A stretch of DNA of 64,000 bases, taken from contig MU053881.1 of assembly GCA_013239625.1 (NCBI GenBank), positions 8,083,957-8,147,956 of the forward strand. The letters are read 5' to 3'. The translations under genes were made by a program, and so were the position numbers. The stretch's first letter is position 1. Each line of letters starts with the position of its first letter. Positions 41,231 to 53,226 of this stretch are shown here, one piece after another. This stretch comes from Lama guanicoe (taxonomy: Eukaryota). Below the pieces are notes generated by a model. It ran no database searches. It was given only the letters and a program-made list of their open reading frames with translations, and was not told the origin of the DNA.

Positions 41231-42829
41231 CTTCTTTCTACTACTTCATTTTTTCTCTTCTTTCTATGAGTTTCTTCTCCCCTGCAAATTGCATTCTTTC
41301 CACATAAACTTCTGTGTATTTAGAGCATCCTGTTTGGTTTCTGGTGCTCTCCTAAAGAAGAGGAATAGAAAATGCTTCACAAATCTAGCAAATCAATAGT
41401 ATTTTAATAGCCAGGACCTCTCTAAATGTCTGCACAAAAGCCGATGGGCCGCTTACTGCCGCCTCTTCTCGCTGCCCCGCGCTTCCCAATTTGATGATTT
41501 AGATACTTTTCTACTTGGGTGGATGGTGCCGTTTTTGCCGAATTCAGCACGTTCATCGAACAATTTCTTGGAGCCCAAAGCCAGCTCCACTACATTTCTG
41601 CTTGGTAAGGGTTGGTGGCCTTGACGTGGGGCAGGAGCTGTTGATTCATTGGCCCTTAAACTGATGATAAATCTGGAAGTTGGGCAGTAGAACTAGACTG
41701 CCTTCATAGAGCCTTTGCGGGGCATGGGCAGCCCAACACTTACAGGAAGTCTACAAAAATAGCGCTCCGTAAACTCACGTCAGGAGAGGCTCCGGAAGAA
41801 TGCGGGGTAGCAGGAACGCTGGGGTCCCGTGTGAGTCGGCGTCAGCAAGACCTCTGAACACCAGACACAGAACCCGTCAACCTGCAGAGTGCTTCTGCTT
41901 CTCGAGACACCCATGTCCTGCCTGTCCTTTCATTCTAAACGTCTAGTATGTTGCATCGTGAGCGTTTTTTGAAACAAGTCAAGCCCCCACGAGACCGCGG
42001 CAGAGCCCCTCTGCGGCGATGTACTCCACCACTCCGATTGTGCGAATTTCATTCACGCACCTTTATGCAATCTTACATCTATGTATTTTTTTCAATGATA
42101 ATAAAGATTTTAATCGTAATTCCACCTTCCTTCAGCAGGCTATAAAATGCTCCAAGAGGGCTACCAAAGGGAGCTGTGACACATCTTCTGCGGAGAGTTG
42201 TCTTAGAATAGATTAGCACAAGTTTCAAATGAAGATTCCAGCATCAGGAGAGCCTCCCACCTGAGACGGGCTGATTTTTGGCTGAGACAAAAGATAAAGG
42301 AGTCTCGGAAGGAGTACTTCTTTCGGCCAGTTCCCCCAAAGACTGTGTGGTGTGTTCTGCACAAAAAAATATAATAGTCTAGTAATAATAACCATTTTCT
42401 GTGTAACACCTTTTTTTTTAATTAAGCAAGTTATATATTTATAATAGGTGATATTTAAGTTGAAATGTGGTCACGGTAAATCTCCTGACCTGTACACATC
42501 AGGCACATTTTGATTTGAGATCATGCTGTCTACCTGTTATCCCTCAACTAAAATAACCCAGTCCCCAGCTAGAATGTATATTAGTTAAGGCATCTTTTAA
42601 AAAAATAAAAATAAAAAACTTGATCTTCATGCTCATAAGACGGAAAGGGAAATAAGTAGGGGGGAAAAAGTCCCAAAAGAGGTGCATTTAATTCTCCCCA
42701 ATTTAAATTTAAGTGGTACATCTTTAAGGCCATAACAATATTCCTTTTTTTTCCCCCCTCATCAGGAACACTTCCATCAATGAATTTCTTTAATGTTGAT
42801 GCTGGTTGGTGCAGTTTGAGAGAATCTGT

Positions 42830-43500
42830 ATTTAGTCAGAAAATGCTTCAGTAGAATGACCTACCAGATGGGCCCCATAACAAAGCACGGAGGCATCAAA
42901 CCACCACAGACATTTGGTGCTTAGAATAATAAAAAGACTATAAAATTAGATTAGTTGAGTCTAATTTGGAATTGGTATATTCCCCATGCACCCTCGCCGC
43001 TCCTGGGCAGATAAAGCCTTGAGATTTAGCACTGTGTCAGAGCAGAAGGCTGCAACTTCCAGTAAAAGGGAGCCAGGGAGCGGGAGAGAGGGGGGAAAAA
43101 AGCATTCTGGGAGGTCACGGAGGGCAGAGCAGTGACCTCCAATGATTTACAGGCCTTTAGCTTAATGAAATTGTTTCAGTGACATGACGGTAAGAGCTCG
43201 TAATGGATTGGATGCCCTAATGTAATGAAATTACTCCCTTCTGCCTAAAAAAAAAAATGCGCAATTAATATTTACTGAGACCTGACAGCCTTAGGAGCGC
43301 TCGTCTGTGTGGTTCCCCCAGACAGTCAGAGCGGAGAGGCGAGCAGCGTGGCAGACAGGCTGGCTCTGCGCGAGCTCCTGGCGGGGACGAGCAGAGCCGG
43401 CGGCGCGGGGCGGAGGGCCCGGCGCTCGGGGGACCGCGGCCGCCCGGCCCCTCGGCGCTGCCCCGCGCAGCCTTCATGCTCTCCCCTTGCTTTCCCACAG
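42830..43500 (+). promoter_or_regulatory. Candidate internal promoter/enhancer upstream of exon 6: homeodomain-site cluster followed by a CpG-rich segment
   Basis: Repeat-free. Contains TAATGAAATTA (43223-43233), TAATGAAATTG (43163-43173), TGATTTAC (43143-43150), TGACAG (43283-43288) and inverted AAATTAGA...TCTAATTT (42943-42967), then GC/CpG-dense sequence. Confidence 0.7.
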
Positions 43501-43630
43501 GCAGCTGGACAACAACCGCATCGGCTGCATTGAAGATGGAGCCTTCCGAGCGCTGCGCGACCTGGAGATCCTGTGAGTGCCTTTTGCGATCGCTGCCTTG
43601 TGTGCGTCTGTGCGAGTGTGTCCGGGTGAG
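43290..43630. other. Small intragenic CpG island spanning exon 6
   Basis: Very high GC with many CpGs (e.g. gccggcggcgcggggcggagggcccggcgctcgggggaccgcggccgcccggcc), unlike the rest of the window. Confidence 0.75.
43501..43572 (+). CDS. SLIT3: SLIT3 internal coding exon (probably exon 6), one 24-aa LRR unit
   Basis: Acceptor ctccccttgctttcccacAG ends at 43500 and donor ct|GTGAGT starts at 43573; 72 nt. Splices in frame to the previous exon (ct|g = Leu). Encodes [24 protein letters not shown], which fits SLIT3 better than SLIT1/2 as recalled. Confidence 0.96.
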
Positions 43631-46600
43631 GAGGGGAGAGGGGGAGTGTGTGTGCCGGGGGGTCTGTGTGGACACATTTCTGTGTCTTCTGCTGCAGAGC
43701 TATTGAAACTGGGAACTGGGGAGATCCCTCCGGCTCACCTTGGCCAAAGTGTTTGTGGGCAGCAAAATGTGATTTCTCACCTCCCGCAGGCTAATTAAGT
43801 CTCCATTGAGTCCTTTCTCCCCCGATGCTCCCGCGGTATTTGTTGCTGGGTGAAACAGATGGGCTGGAGTTAAGACCCCCAGCGCCTGCCAGAGCATTCA
43901 GGGAGGGTCTGAATGTGAGCTTACGGAGAGACGGGTTACAGGTCTGGGAGATGAGAAAGGGGCTGCACCAGGGGGTCGGCTGGAATCACCCAGAATCAGA
44001 AGGCTACTTTGGCACAGGACCAGGGGAATGCCAAGCAGCCTGGTAAAGTCCAGTCATCGCCGCTGTTCTGGGGATCTCATCTCAGGTTTAAACCCAAAGT
44101 TTAAGCAGTAACCTTAAAGTGACGGGGGTGTGGGGGAGGATGGGAGGTGAGGGCCGCCTTCCCAGAAGACCACCGTGTGTACCTTGTCTGGGAAAAAAAT
44201 GTGTAGCTGCCTTTCTGTGTTCTGGATTTTCACATGGGTCTAGCTAAGGAAACCTGATTTCCAGGGGGAAAGTCAGCTAGGAGTCATCCTGGGGTCATTC
44301 AAACTAAAATTGAATTGTGTAAGAAAACATTTTGACAGTTCTCCCCCAAAACTACACTCCCAGCTGTCCCTGATTTGGGGAAACCTGGAGAGGAAGGCAG
44401 TAAAGCCTGGCAGAACTTGCATTGGGAGATGTGAGGTCCAGTCCCTGCTTGGCCCCTGAAATAGCTGTGTGACCTTGGGCGAGTCTCTTCTATGCTTGGA
44501 GCCTCAGTTTTCTCATACGAAAAACGAAAGGGGTGGCTGCTATATCTTGGGGTGACTTCTCCTTTCCAAGTTCTGTAATTCCTTGCTTCTAAAAATAATT
44601 CTGATGGTACAGTTTGAGCCAGAATGATAACAGTAGGATGTGTTGAGCATCCCCCTGAAAAATAAAAAAATTACATAGTCACCAGGTTACATATCTCTGA
44701 CTTCCAGAAGAATGAATAAATGTCAAATAAATGAATGAATGAATATATTAAAATATCCCTTTATCCATAAAGGAAGTTCCTCCTTCCACCTTCCTTTTCA
44801 CCTGGCCCCGCAGACAGTAGCAACGGGTTGGAGACATCCTCTCCACGTTGTGTGAGAGGAAGGTGATTCCAAGAGGAATCACGGGAAATCAAAGGGGATG
44901 CTGATGCTGCAGGCTGCTGGAAATCGGATGAAAGCCGAGAGTTCCCGGTACAGAAAAGGCAGGACCCACAGCCAGAGAGGTCAGGTTGTCATTCCTAAGA
45001 CGGATGGTCTCACCTCACCCAAACTCTGACCCCGGAACCAGCAACAAATGCGTGTCTGCTAGGGAGAGGATGCCAGCCCCAGTTTAGTAACCCAGGACTT
45101 CTGTTATCAAGAGGCTGGAGCTGAGAAGGGGAGGCGCGATTTTTCCCTGCCTGCAAAAAAGCCTCTGTAAAAAGGGTTTGCCAGGAGCATATCACCTTCT
45201 TCTTGAGAAGGATGAGAAAATTCCCTGGGAAGAGACCGGGAAATAGAAGTCACCAGCTGCCACGAAACAGCTGTGACGACCTGACAGCCCACGTGTTAGA
45301 TCTGTCGACCAGGAGTGGTGTCATCTCGCCTCACCAGGAAGGCTGTCGGGGGGGAGAGGGGTGGGCGTACCATCAGACACACCTGGGTGTGGGATCCCAG
45401 ATGTGGTGGGACATTGGCCGGGCTAGTCTGCTTCTCTGAGTCTTAACTCTGATGCCTTACATACTACGTAGGTGGGGCTCTCTAAATGATATCCCCTTCA
45501 TATCCCTAACTTTCTCCCCACCATGCCCTCATCTCCATCAAACCCCTGTCCAGGACAGAATTGGACTCCCCTTTCTGATGTGTGCTATGACAATATGAAA
45601 ATATTTTTTATCCAGATACCCTAGGTCTCTCAAACTTGAAGCTTAAAAGCCTGTGATTAAAAAAAAAAACAATAGTCCTCATTCTCCATCATTGTAAAGA
45701 GCCCATAGGATCTGATTAGTTTATCTTCTCAATTCCAAACAAAGCTAGATCAATAGCTTTGTTTTAAAGACACTCTCGTTTGGCTTCACATGGCTAAGTA
45801 CTTAAAATTAATCATAATCAGTTATTCCATGGGTTTTTAATTTCCAGCAGAGGCACATAGCTTTGGAACCATCCATCTTAATGGAGAGCCATCCTGAAAT
45901 TGGCTGGAGCTGACATCTCCATCTAAAGAACCTCCCCGCCCCACCCCCAGACCTTCCAAATCTCATCTACACATTGACATGTTAAAAGACTTCTCTGTGA
46001 TCACAACTCAGGCACCATAGAGAAACTTGACAATGAAATAATAAGTAGGAACTAAGTGAGGGCATCATACAGTAACTTAGTAAATTCTTCAGAGAGACAG
46101 AGGCAGAGAGAGGAGTTCAAAACACTCTGTCCCCACAAAGGTCATCTTCAAGCATCTCACGCTTCTAAAGTCTGCAAAGCAAGAAGACAAAATCTAGTAT
46201 TTGGGGTGTGTTTTCTCTCTGACATAAGAAAGCGTGCAGTACAAGGCTCCTGATTACTTCATGAAAATTATCTCTGAAAATTAAGTGTATGGACAAAAAC
46301 TGCTAGTGGAACTATTTCACATGGGATCACCCTGATATTCCATTCTTTCTGTGGGTGGATATACCGTGAACTCCTTTCCATCGGGGCTGAGGTCGGCCGC
46401 ACCGGTCACATTGAATAGAACCTAGGAGGTGAGTCGGGGCGGGAAGCCCTGGCAGTGAGGCGTGAGGAACTGTACAAGGTTGGGAAAGACTGTGAAATGT
46501 GCCCACCGCAACCTCATTTTTAACTCAGGCCCCCTGGGGGGATGTCCAGCACAGGGTATGGTAGACAAAGGGAGAGAGCCACCACCCTCCCCTCTCCAGG

Positions 46601-49524
46601 CAGCCAGAAAAGGGAGGAAGGAGGAAAGCATAGTATGGGCGAAACTTGTCAAGGCTCCCGCACCACTGCGGAGGAGGAATCGTAAGGCAGGTGATGACAG
46701 CTGACCTTCACTGTGTAGGTGCTGGTACCCGACACGAAAAGCAGCGCCTTTACATCTGTTCTCTCTTTGCATCCTCACAACCCCTCCGGGAAACTCTTAC
46801 TGTCACCCTCCTTTTCCAGAGGAATTCCCATTTCAGAGAAACCAAGCAACGGCTTAACTAGCAAGCAGCAGAACCCGTGTGCTTAACCCTTCTCCCAAGC
46901 TGCCTTTCTGACCTGTGTTGCGAAGGCTCTCGTGGCGTTGGCTCCCCGGAAGCATGGCCAGCGTGTGCCGCAGGGGGTTGTGAACCGGCCCCGAGGGCTG
47001 GTTGAGGCCGTGCCTCGCAGTCCTGCCGAGGAGACTCCCAGAGCCTCCCACAGCTCGTGAGATTGTCATTCCCTTTACTCAGCAACGGGTCCCCACAAAG
47101 TGGAAGGTAAATGAGACTCGTAGGGGAGAGAAAAGTCATCCTGCTCGTCCACTGACATACGTTCTAGTCCCAGAGGTGACTTATTCTCACTTCTGGATGT
47201 CGCCGATTGACTTTGGCACCCAGCAGTTTGGGGGCTCCGGTCCCCAGACCTCCCTAAAATACAGCCCCAGATTTCTGTAGGGAGCTTGGGCTTCTTAATT
47301 GAGGGACTCTGGCTTTCTGTGACTCAGCCACCCTTCTGTTACCCAAATCATGGACCCTTCATTTCCACTCTTTCTGTATGTTTGGTGGTTCATGTCCAAG
47401 GTTTTACCGGAGTAAGGCGTGTTGAAGCCGCAGTCAGATATGCCAAGACTGCACTTCCCTGGCTGGTCCGGAACTGTGTGTGGAGACTCTCTGAGCCCTG
47501 GGGTTCTAGCCCCTGCCAGCTAGATTGAGGACTGCCAGGCATTGCACCAATGTTACCAGGCTCCTCCCGGCCCAACCTGCCATCCTGGGCCAGAAAAAGT
47601 AGTTAATGGGAAAAGAATTTTAAGGGTATGGACGAGTGAAACAAAAACAAGAAAACCTAGTTAGTAAAATACTTAATTTTTGTTTTCAATAGTATTGCAG
47701 GAGAAGAGAAAAGATTCTCAGACATTGTCTTCTGAGCGTATCAGTTCAGTAGATACGCTGCCCAAAATGCCAAACCAAAGATGTCAGGAACACATCCTGA
47801 AAATGCTCTCAGTGCGTGGTCTGCCCTTGATAAATCACAAGTACTGGCCAGATTCCCCGTCGATCCGACAGGTCTGCAGATAACCACTGTGTGCTGTTTT
47901 GAAAGCCTCGCTCTCATTCATGTCACTTACCAATTTTGGAAGTTTCGTGACATTATTATCAGCAGGCTATGGGAGGACCTTAGATGTCTCCAGGATGACC
48001 TCTTATTGTTGAGATAAGGCATGAAAAGGTTGAGAACGGGGTCAGGACTAGAGGGAGGCCTATGCCTCCTAATATTTTGTGTCCAGGGCACCCCACTTCC
48101 CTTGCTCTCATCCTGGCCCTAGCTAGGAGACTTGACAAGGGCAACAAGCACAAAGGAAGAGAACCTTGGTCTCTGGACTCCGATCCCATGTTCTTTGCCT
48201 GCAGTGGGCATCTCCGTGCAACGAGGCTGTTCAAAAGCCATCCCCTGGTAAGGCTGGGGACCCTAATCACAGTTGTCCTTTCAAAACCCCTCATTAAATG
48301 CTTTATATCATTTAGGAGATTGGGAGAGGGCAAACTGTAGTCCACGACAGAAAGAAAGCGTGATTCTGCTTTCAGCTTTTTTGAAACCAGCGGTTGCAAA
48401 CTAGACTACTGACTGCAGATGAGGTGTTTTTTTTTTTAATTCAGTTGAGTGTTTTTTACAATTTGAAATTAGTATTTCATACTGAAAATGTATGTTATTT
48501 TTTTTAAAAGTCCAGAATTCCAGCCTTGGACTTGGGCAAACCAGAAGCATTGGCAACCCTGGGCTGCATTTCTGCATTGCAGTGGTCATTTGTGGCTGAG
48601 AAGCACATACCCCGCCTGAGACGGGGTATGTAGACTCCACTTGCCCACTGACCTCCACCCGCTTCAGTGACCTGCCAGCCCGGGCAGCCCCTGCTTTAAT
48701 CCACTTTAGAAGCAAGGGCACACTCCGCCGGGGACAGTAAAGCTTTAAATGAGCAGGTGCTCTGGCAGATCATGCGCTAAAGCCCGGCGCTTACCGGAGT
48801 TGTTGAATAGACATGCAGAGACAGAGGTAGGTGACGTGGAGTCCAAGATTCCCAGACTGAACAAGGACACCTCCGAAGCCATCAGGAACGTCGCATGCCT
48901 CATCTTCCAGGACGTTCTTCTCAAGAGTTGAACGTGCCTCGAGATTCCCTTCGATTTTAAAACAGTGTAACTGGGTTTATGCATACGATAAGAAATAAGA
49001 GATGAATATGCCCCCCCATTTCTTCCTCCCTAGACCCCAGCATCAGCCTGTGTAATGAGCAACCTCTCAGTCCTCCTTTAGAGAAAAGAAAGTCAAGCGT
49101 TAAAGCAGTGGTGGGAATTAACCAGACTTTGAGCACAGTCCTCATTCAGCCACGTCCGGTCAGGCATGACATGGCCTGACTCCGAGCCCTACTTGTAGGT
49201 ACAGAAAGAGAATGTAGAAGAAAGTCATCTTCTGGTATAACAAGAAGGCAGGGAAAAAGAAATTTGATGACCGTCCTGATACCCAGATTAGGGTGGTTGT
49301 CCCGGCTGAGGGGTGCTGGGCACTGGGTGTTGGGACATTTATAGACACGGTTGGTCCAGAGCTTAATGCAAGTGGTGGCGTTTCCTCCACTTCAAATGAG
49401 TGTCCTCTGGGTGTGGATCCGCATGTTCTGATTAACAAATAATAATGTATTGATACATTATATAATGCAATGATATCATACCAATTATCATCATAGTTAT
49501 TATAAATATGATAATTACTCTCAT

Positions 49525-49730
49525 AGCCTCCATGTTTTAGCATCTGCTATCTTCCAGGCACTGTGATAAAACATTAGAATGTCGCATCTTACGTAGCCGC
49601 TCTCCCCTTACAAGGTGGATCTTGGTAACCAGCTCTCACCAGTGAGGAAGCTGAGGCTTAGAGAAGTTGAGTAACTTCCCCAGGGTGACACTGACAAGCA
49701 GAGGGGAATTACTCTTCCAGTATCAAATCC
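49525..49730 (-). mobile_element. MIR fragment
   Basis: tgaggaagctgaggcttagagaagttgagtaacttccccagggtgacac. Confidence 0.7.
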
Positions 49731-50314
49731 AGCTCCGCCTGGGGTTTGAGCCCCCGCACTTAACTGCCCTGCTACAAAAAATTAAAGTTAAAAAATACGT
49801 ACCAGAGCAGACATACCAAAACACAAGACAGTTGCATGCATTGGTGAGATTAATAGCTGTGGAAAATGCCCAGAATAATTCAGAAAGCACAGGCTTTTTT
49901 GTTTGTTTGTTTGAGAAGTTGACCCCCAGGACGCTCAGATCTAAACCTGTGACGTCAGCTTAATCAGCCTCACGTCCCATTCTGTGAAACTGCCCCGGAC
50001 AATGGAGGCTGAGCTGCTCGGGGTGATTACTGTCCTCCCATCAGACTGGTGGCCAAACCAGCTTCACCAAATTGGGTGGTTTGGGGTTCATTTTCTTGAA
50101 AAAGAGGAGTAATACCACCCTCTCGGCTAGTTGTGTGGACTGAAGGAGATCCCTCAGGCGTGTGGCTGGCAAATAGCAGATGTCCAATCAGGATGCTTAT
50201 AAACATCAAAGTTGAAAAATATTCCTGAACTGCACACTGCCTGAGCTCTAGAACCTTGCACAAGTCTGGCCCATAGTAGGTGGTCAGTTAAAGTTCACAT
50301 TGAGTTGAAATTTG

Positions 50315-50413
50315 GTTCCGCCCTCTGCATCCGCGGATCCTGTATCCCACCGATCCGCCTGCTGTCGGTTGGGTCTGGGATGCGGAACCAGCAGATGTGG
50401 AGGGGCAATTGTA
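50315..50413. mobile_element. Tigger/MER2-family MITE reduced to its two inverted ends
   Basis: gccctctgcatccgcggatcctgtatccc ... gggatgcggaaccagcagatgtggaggggcaattgta resembles the recalled TcMar-Tigger TIR pattern. Confidence 0.65.
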
Positions 50414-51375
50414 ATGAACTGAATTTGAAGTTTTCCCCACCCCAGGCTCAAGGTTCTCCGTTATGTCTCAACCCTTAACAGAACTATGGTTGTGGTTGTC
50501 CTAGAATTATTTTAAATGTTGAGCAATGTAGTATTTTACTGAAACAGTACATTTCTCACATTACCTTTGGTCTTTTATTCCTTCAGCTAAGCGGGGATTT
50601 TTTTTTTTCCTTTTTTCCTTTTTTCCTTTCTAATAATGAACAAAATTAGAGCCATGGTGAAAACTGGTGTTTTCTAACAGAGACAGATTCATTTTCATTT
50701 ATTTATAAAATGTCTCACCTGGGTTTCTCTGGGAGATGCAAACATTTTATTTGTTTCAACAGCCGTCGGAATCAGGGTGTTTAGTCATGACATAGCTTTG
50801 AATATAGAGCTGTCATTGCTTAATGTAAGTCTTAAAATATCTCCAGAATATGATTTTTTTTTTGGTACTGTGCTGCAAATTGTGATTTGTTGAGGCGATC
50901 AGGATTAAAATTGCACTTTGTGGAAAGCATTGGTAACTTCCATTCAGCCCCTAGCGCACTTGAAAGGGAACTGAGTTTCCCATAAACGCACACCCTTCAT
51001 TCATAGTCTCCCAGCCTGGAGCCGGATCCTAGTCAAGCTCTTCAAATAACAGGCTTGGTTTTGAGAATATCAGCTTAAGGGAAAAGCGAACATTTCTTTG
51101 AAATGTCAGATTTTTTTTTCTATTTAAATAAGTAGCACTTTTAACAGTCCAAGTAACTAGAATCTGGGGGGCTTCTAGTGGTTTCCATGTTATTTCATTT
51201 TCCTGTTCCCGTAAAGGCTGGTTTAGTCTTCTGAACTGAGAATGTAGTGGTGTACATCCCTGAGCTAAGGATATGGTGAAGATCATTGAATCGTACTTTA
51301 AGAGGGTCTTGAATTAGCAAGACTCCCATGGTCAGCGTGTCCTGTGAGTGACACTTAGGTGGACTCAGGTAATGA

Positions 51376-51704
51376 TCGTGCTGCCTTCGTGGATAGTCCA
51401 GATTTGGAGCTGGGTGGGAGTACCGCATGTGGACAGGGCATGCCCTCTGCAGATCTCCAATAGCTCCCACCTGCTTCCCTGCCTCCCGTGTCCAGACCGC
51501 TGGAGGCTTTTCACATCCATGAATAAGCGCAGTGTTTAAACAGTGTATTTTCTGGCTCTAAATACTTGGAAATGCCTGCCACGTCCCTCACCCTCCACTC
51601 TGCTCTTTCTCTCTTTATTTCAACATCTGGATCTTATATCCCTGCAAAGACCCGTTTTCACTGAAACCCGGGAGTATGGTTATTAAAACCGTCTTCCACC
51701 AAAG
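51376..51704 (+). repeat. Copy A of a ~330-bp local direct duplication
   Basis: Aligns by eye to 52895-53226 at roughly 85-90% identity. Confidence 0.95.
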
Positions 51705-52717
51705 TGAAGTCTTGGTGTCCCCAAGGGCTGTGGACTCCAGCCACCAGATCTCTGGCTGAGATTCGAGCCTGATCAACTAGGTTGAGGAGCAGCCTTATGG
51801 TTTGCTTTGTCCCACCTAAAACTAAATGGAAAAATACCGTTGAAAAAAGATTTCCAGAGGGTTTTCTCTCAGGAACAAGAGGAAGGAGGCTGTGGGGGAA
51901 TGCCTGACAGCTGCCGAATGCCTTGGGAGGGACGGGGGTGGGGTGTCAGATCACCCCCAAAATGGAGCTTCAGCGCAGGTGTGAGAAGGCGCTTCTGTGC
52001 CGATGGCCAGACTCTGCCCTTTCTCCATCCCCTAGCTGCCAGCGGTGGCTTTGGTGACCATTTAGTATCCTGCCCCTTACCAGCTCTTGAATCCCCTTAG
52101 CCGAACCTGCCTATGCCTGCTGCTGCCACTTCCACCGAGTGTGTGGAAGATCAGATGGCTTGGGTGACCGATAGCCGAGAGTCCATTACTCTACCGAACT
52201 GGGTCCTGGAGGCCAAGATCCTGGGAACTCAAGCAGGAGACTGATCCCCTCTCCGTTAGTTGGCTTCATGAAGGGGAGGAAGGAATGGGGAAGACACAGA
52301 GACACAGAGCTGGGGCGAATCAGAGCATCATTGTTACCTTTCCCTGAGCTTTCATCTTCTATCTTTGAAGGCATTCATGAGCAAGGGATGGTGAGGAGGA
52401 TGAACGGTCCTGTTTCTCCAAGGCCACATTTGGACTCACCGTAGAAAAGCAATATACAGCTCATTCTCTTTTGACTTATAACTAAGTCAGAGGACCCCCA
52501 ACGGTTGGCCCTGTTTTAGTCATTGGTTGAATGAAACTTGCAGAGGTGAGGTTTCATTTAAAAAATTTTTTTGTCTTTCCAGTGTTTAAAAAAATTAGAA
52601 TTAGTTCCCAACACTTCGATCTTGGATAATTTTATTGAGAAGTGTATGATTTCAACTTCTCTTGAATATTTAGAAGCTGTGACCATCCTGGGTTCACACG
52701 TGGCTGTGGTGGCCGGG

Positions 52718-52922
52718 AGCAGCACCGTCCAACAGGACTTTCTGTGATGAAGGAAATATTTCACATGTGAGCTGTCCAATGTGATAGCCACTAGCGACGT
52801 GTGACTCTTGAGCACTTGAAATGTGCAACTGAGAAACGCAATGTTTAACTTTATTTAATTTTCATTGATGTAAATTTAAATCGCCCCGTTCAGCTCGTGG
52901 CTGCCTTACTGGGTGGTGCAGG
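52718..52922. mobile_element. MER3 (hAT-Charlie)
   Basis: gtccaacaggactttctgtgatgaaggaaatatt...gctgtccaatgtgatagccactagc...ttgagcacttgaaatgtg...ttatttaattttcattgatgtaaatttaaat. Confidence 0.85.
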
Positions 52923-53226
52923 TTTGGAGCTGAGTGGAAGTACCGCATGTGGACAGGGCATGCCCTCTGCAGATCTCCGATAGCTCCCACCTGCCTTCCT
53001 GCCTGCCCTGCTCCAATCCTGTGGAGCCTTTTCACATCCATGAATAAGCACAGTGTTTGAACAGTGTGTTTTCTGAAGCTAAATACTTCGAAATACCTGC
53101 CACATCCCTCACCCTCCACTCTGCCCTTTCTCTCTCTTAGTTACAACATCTGGATCTTATACCCTCCAAAGACCCTTTTTCACTGAAACCCAGGAGTATG
53201 AATATTAAAACCGTCTCCCACCAAAG
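52895..53226 (+). repeat. Copy B of the ~330-bp local direct duplication
   Basis: Shares an identical 40-nt run, agtaccgcatgtggacagggcatgccctctgcagatctcc, with copy A. Confidence 0.95.

Larger units (their letters stand above)
8005..43500 (+). other. SLIT3: SLIT3 intron (probably intron 5), GT-AG, phase 2, 35,496 bp
   Basis: The flanking exons encode consecutive LRRs in frame, and no intervening LRR exon was seen. Confidence 0.9.

Noticed and set aside
45843..45857. CTCF-like CCAGCAGAGGCAC
   Set aside because: Only a partial consensus match, expected by chance in 64 kb.
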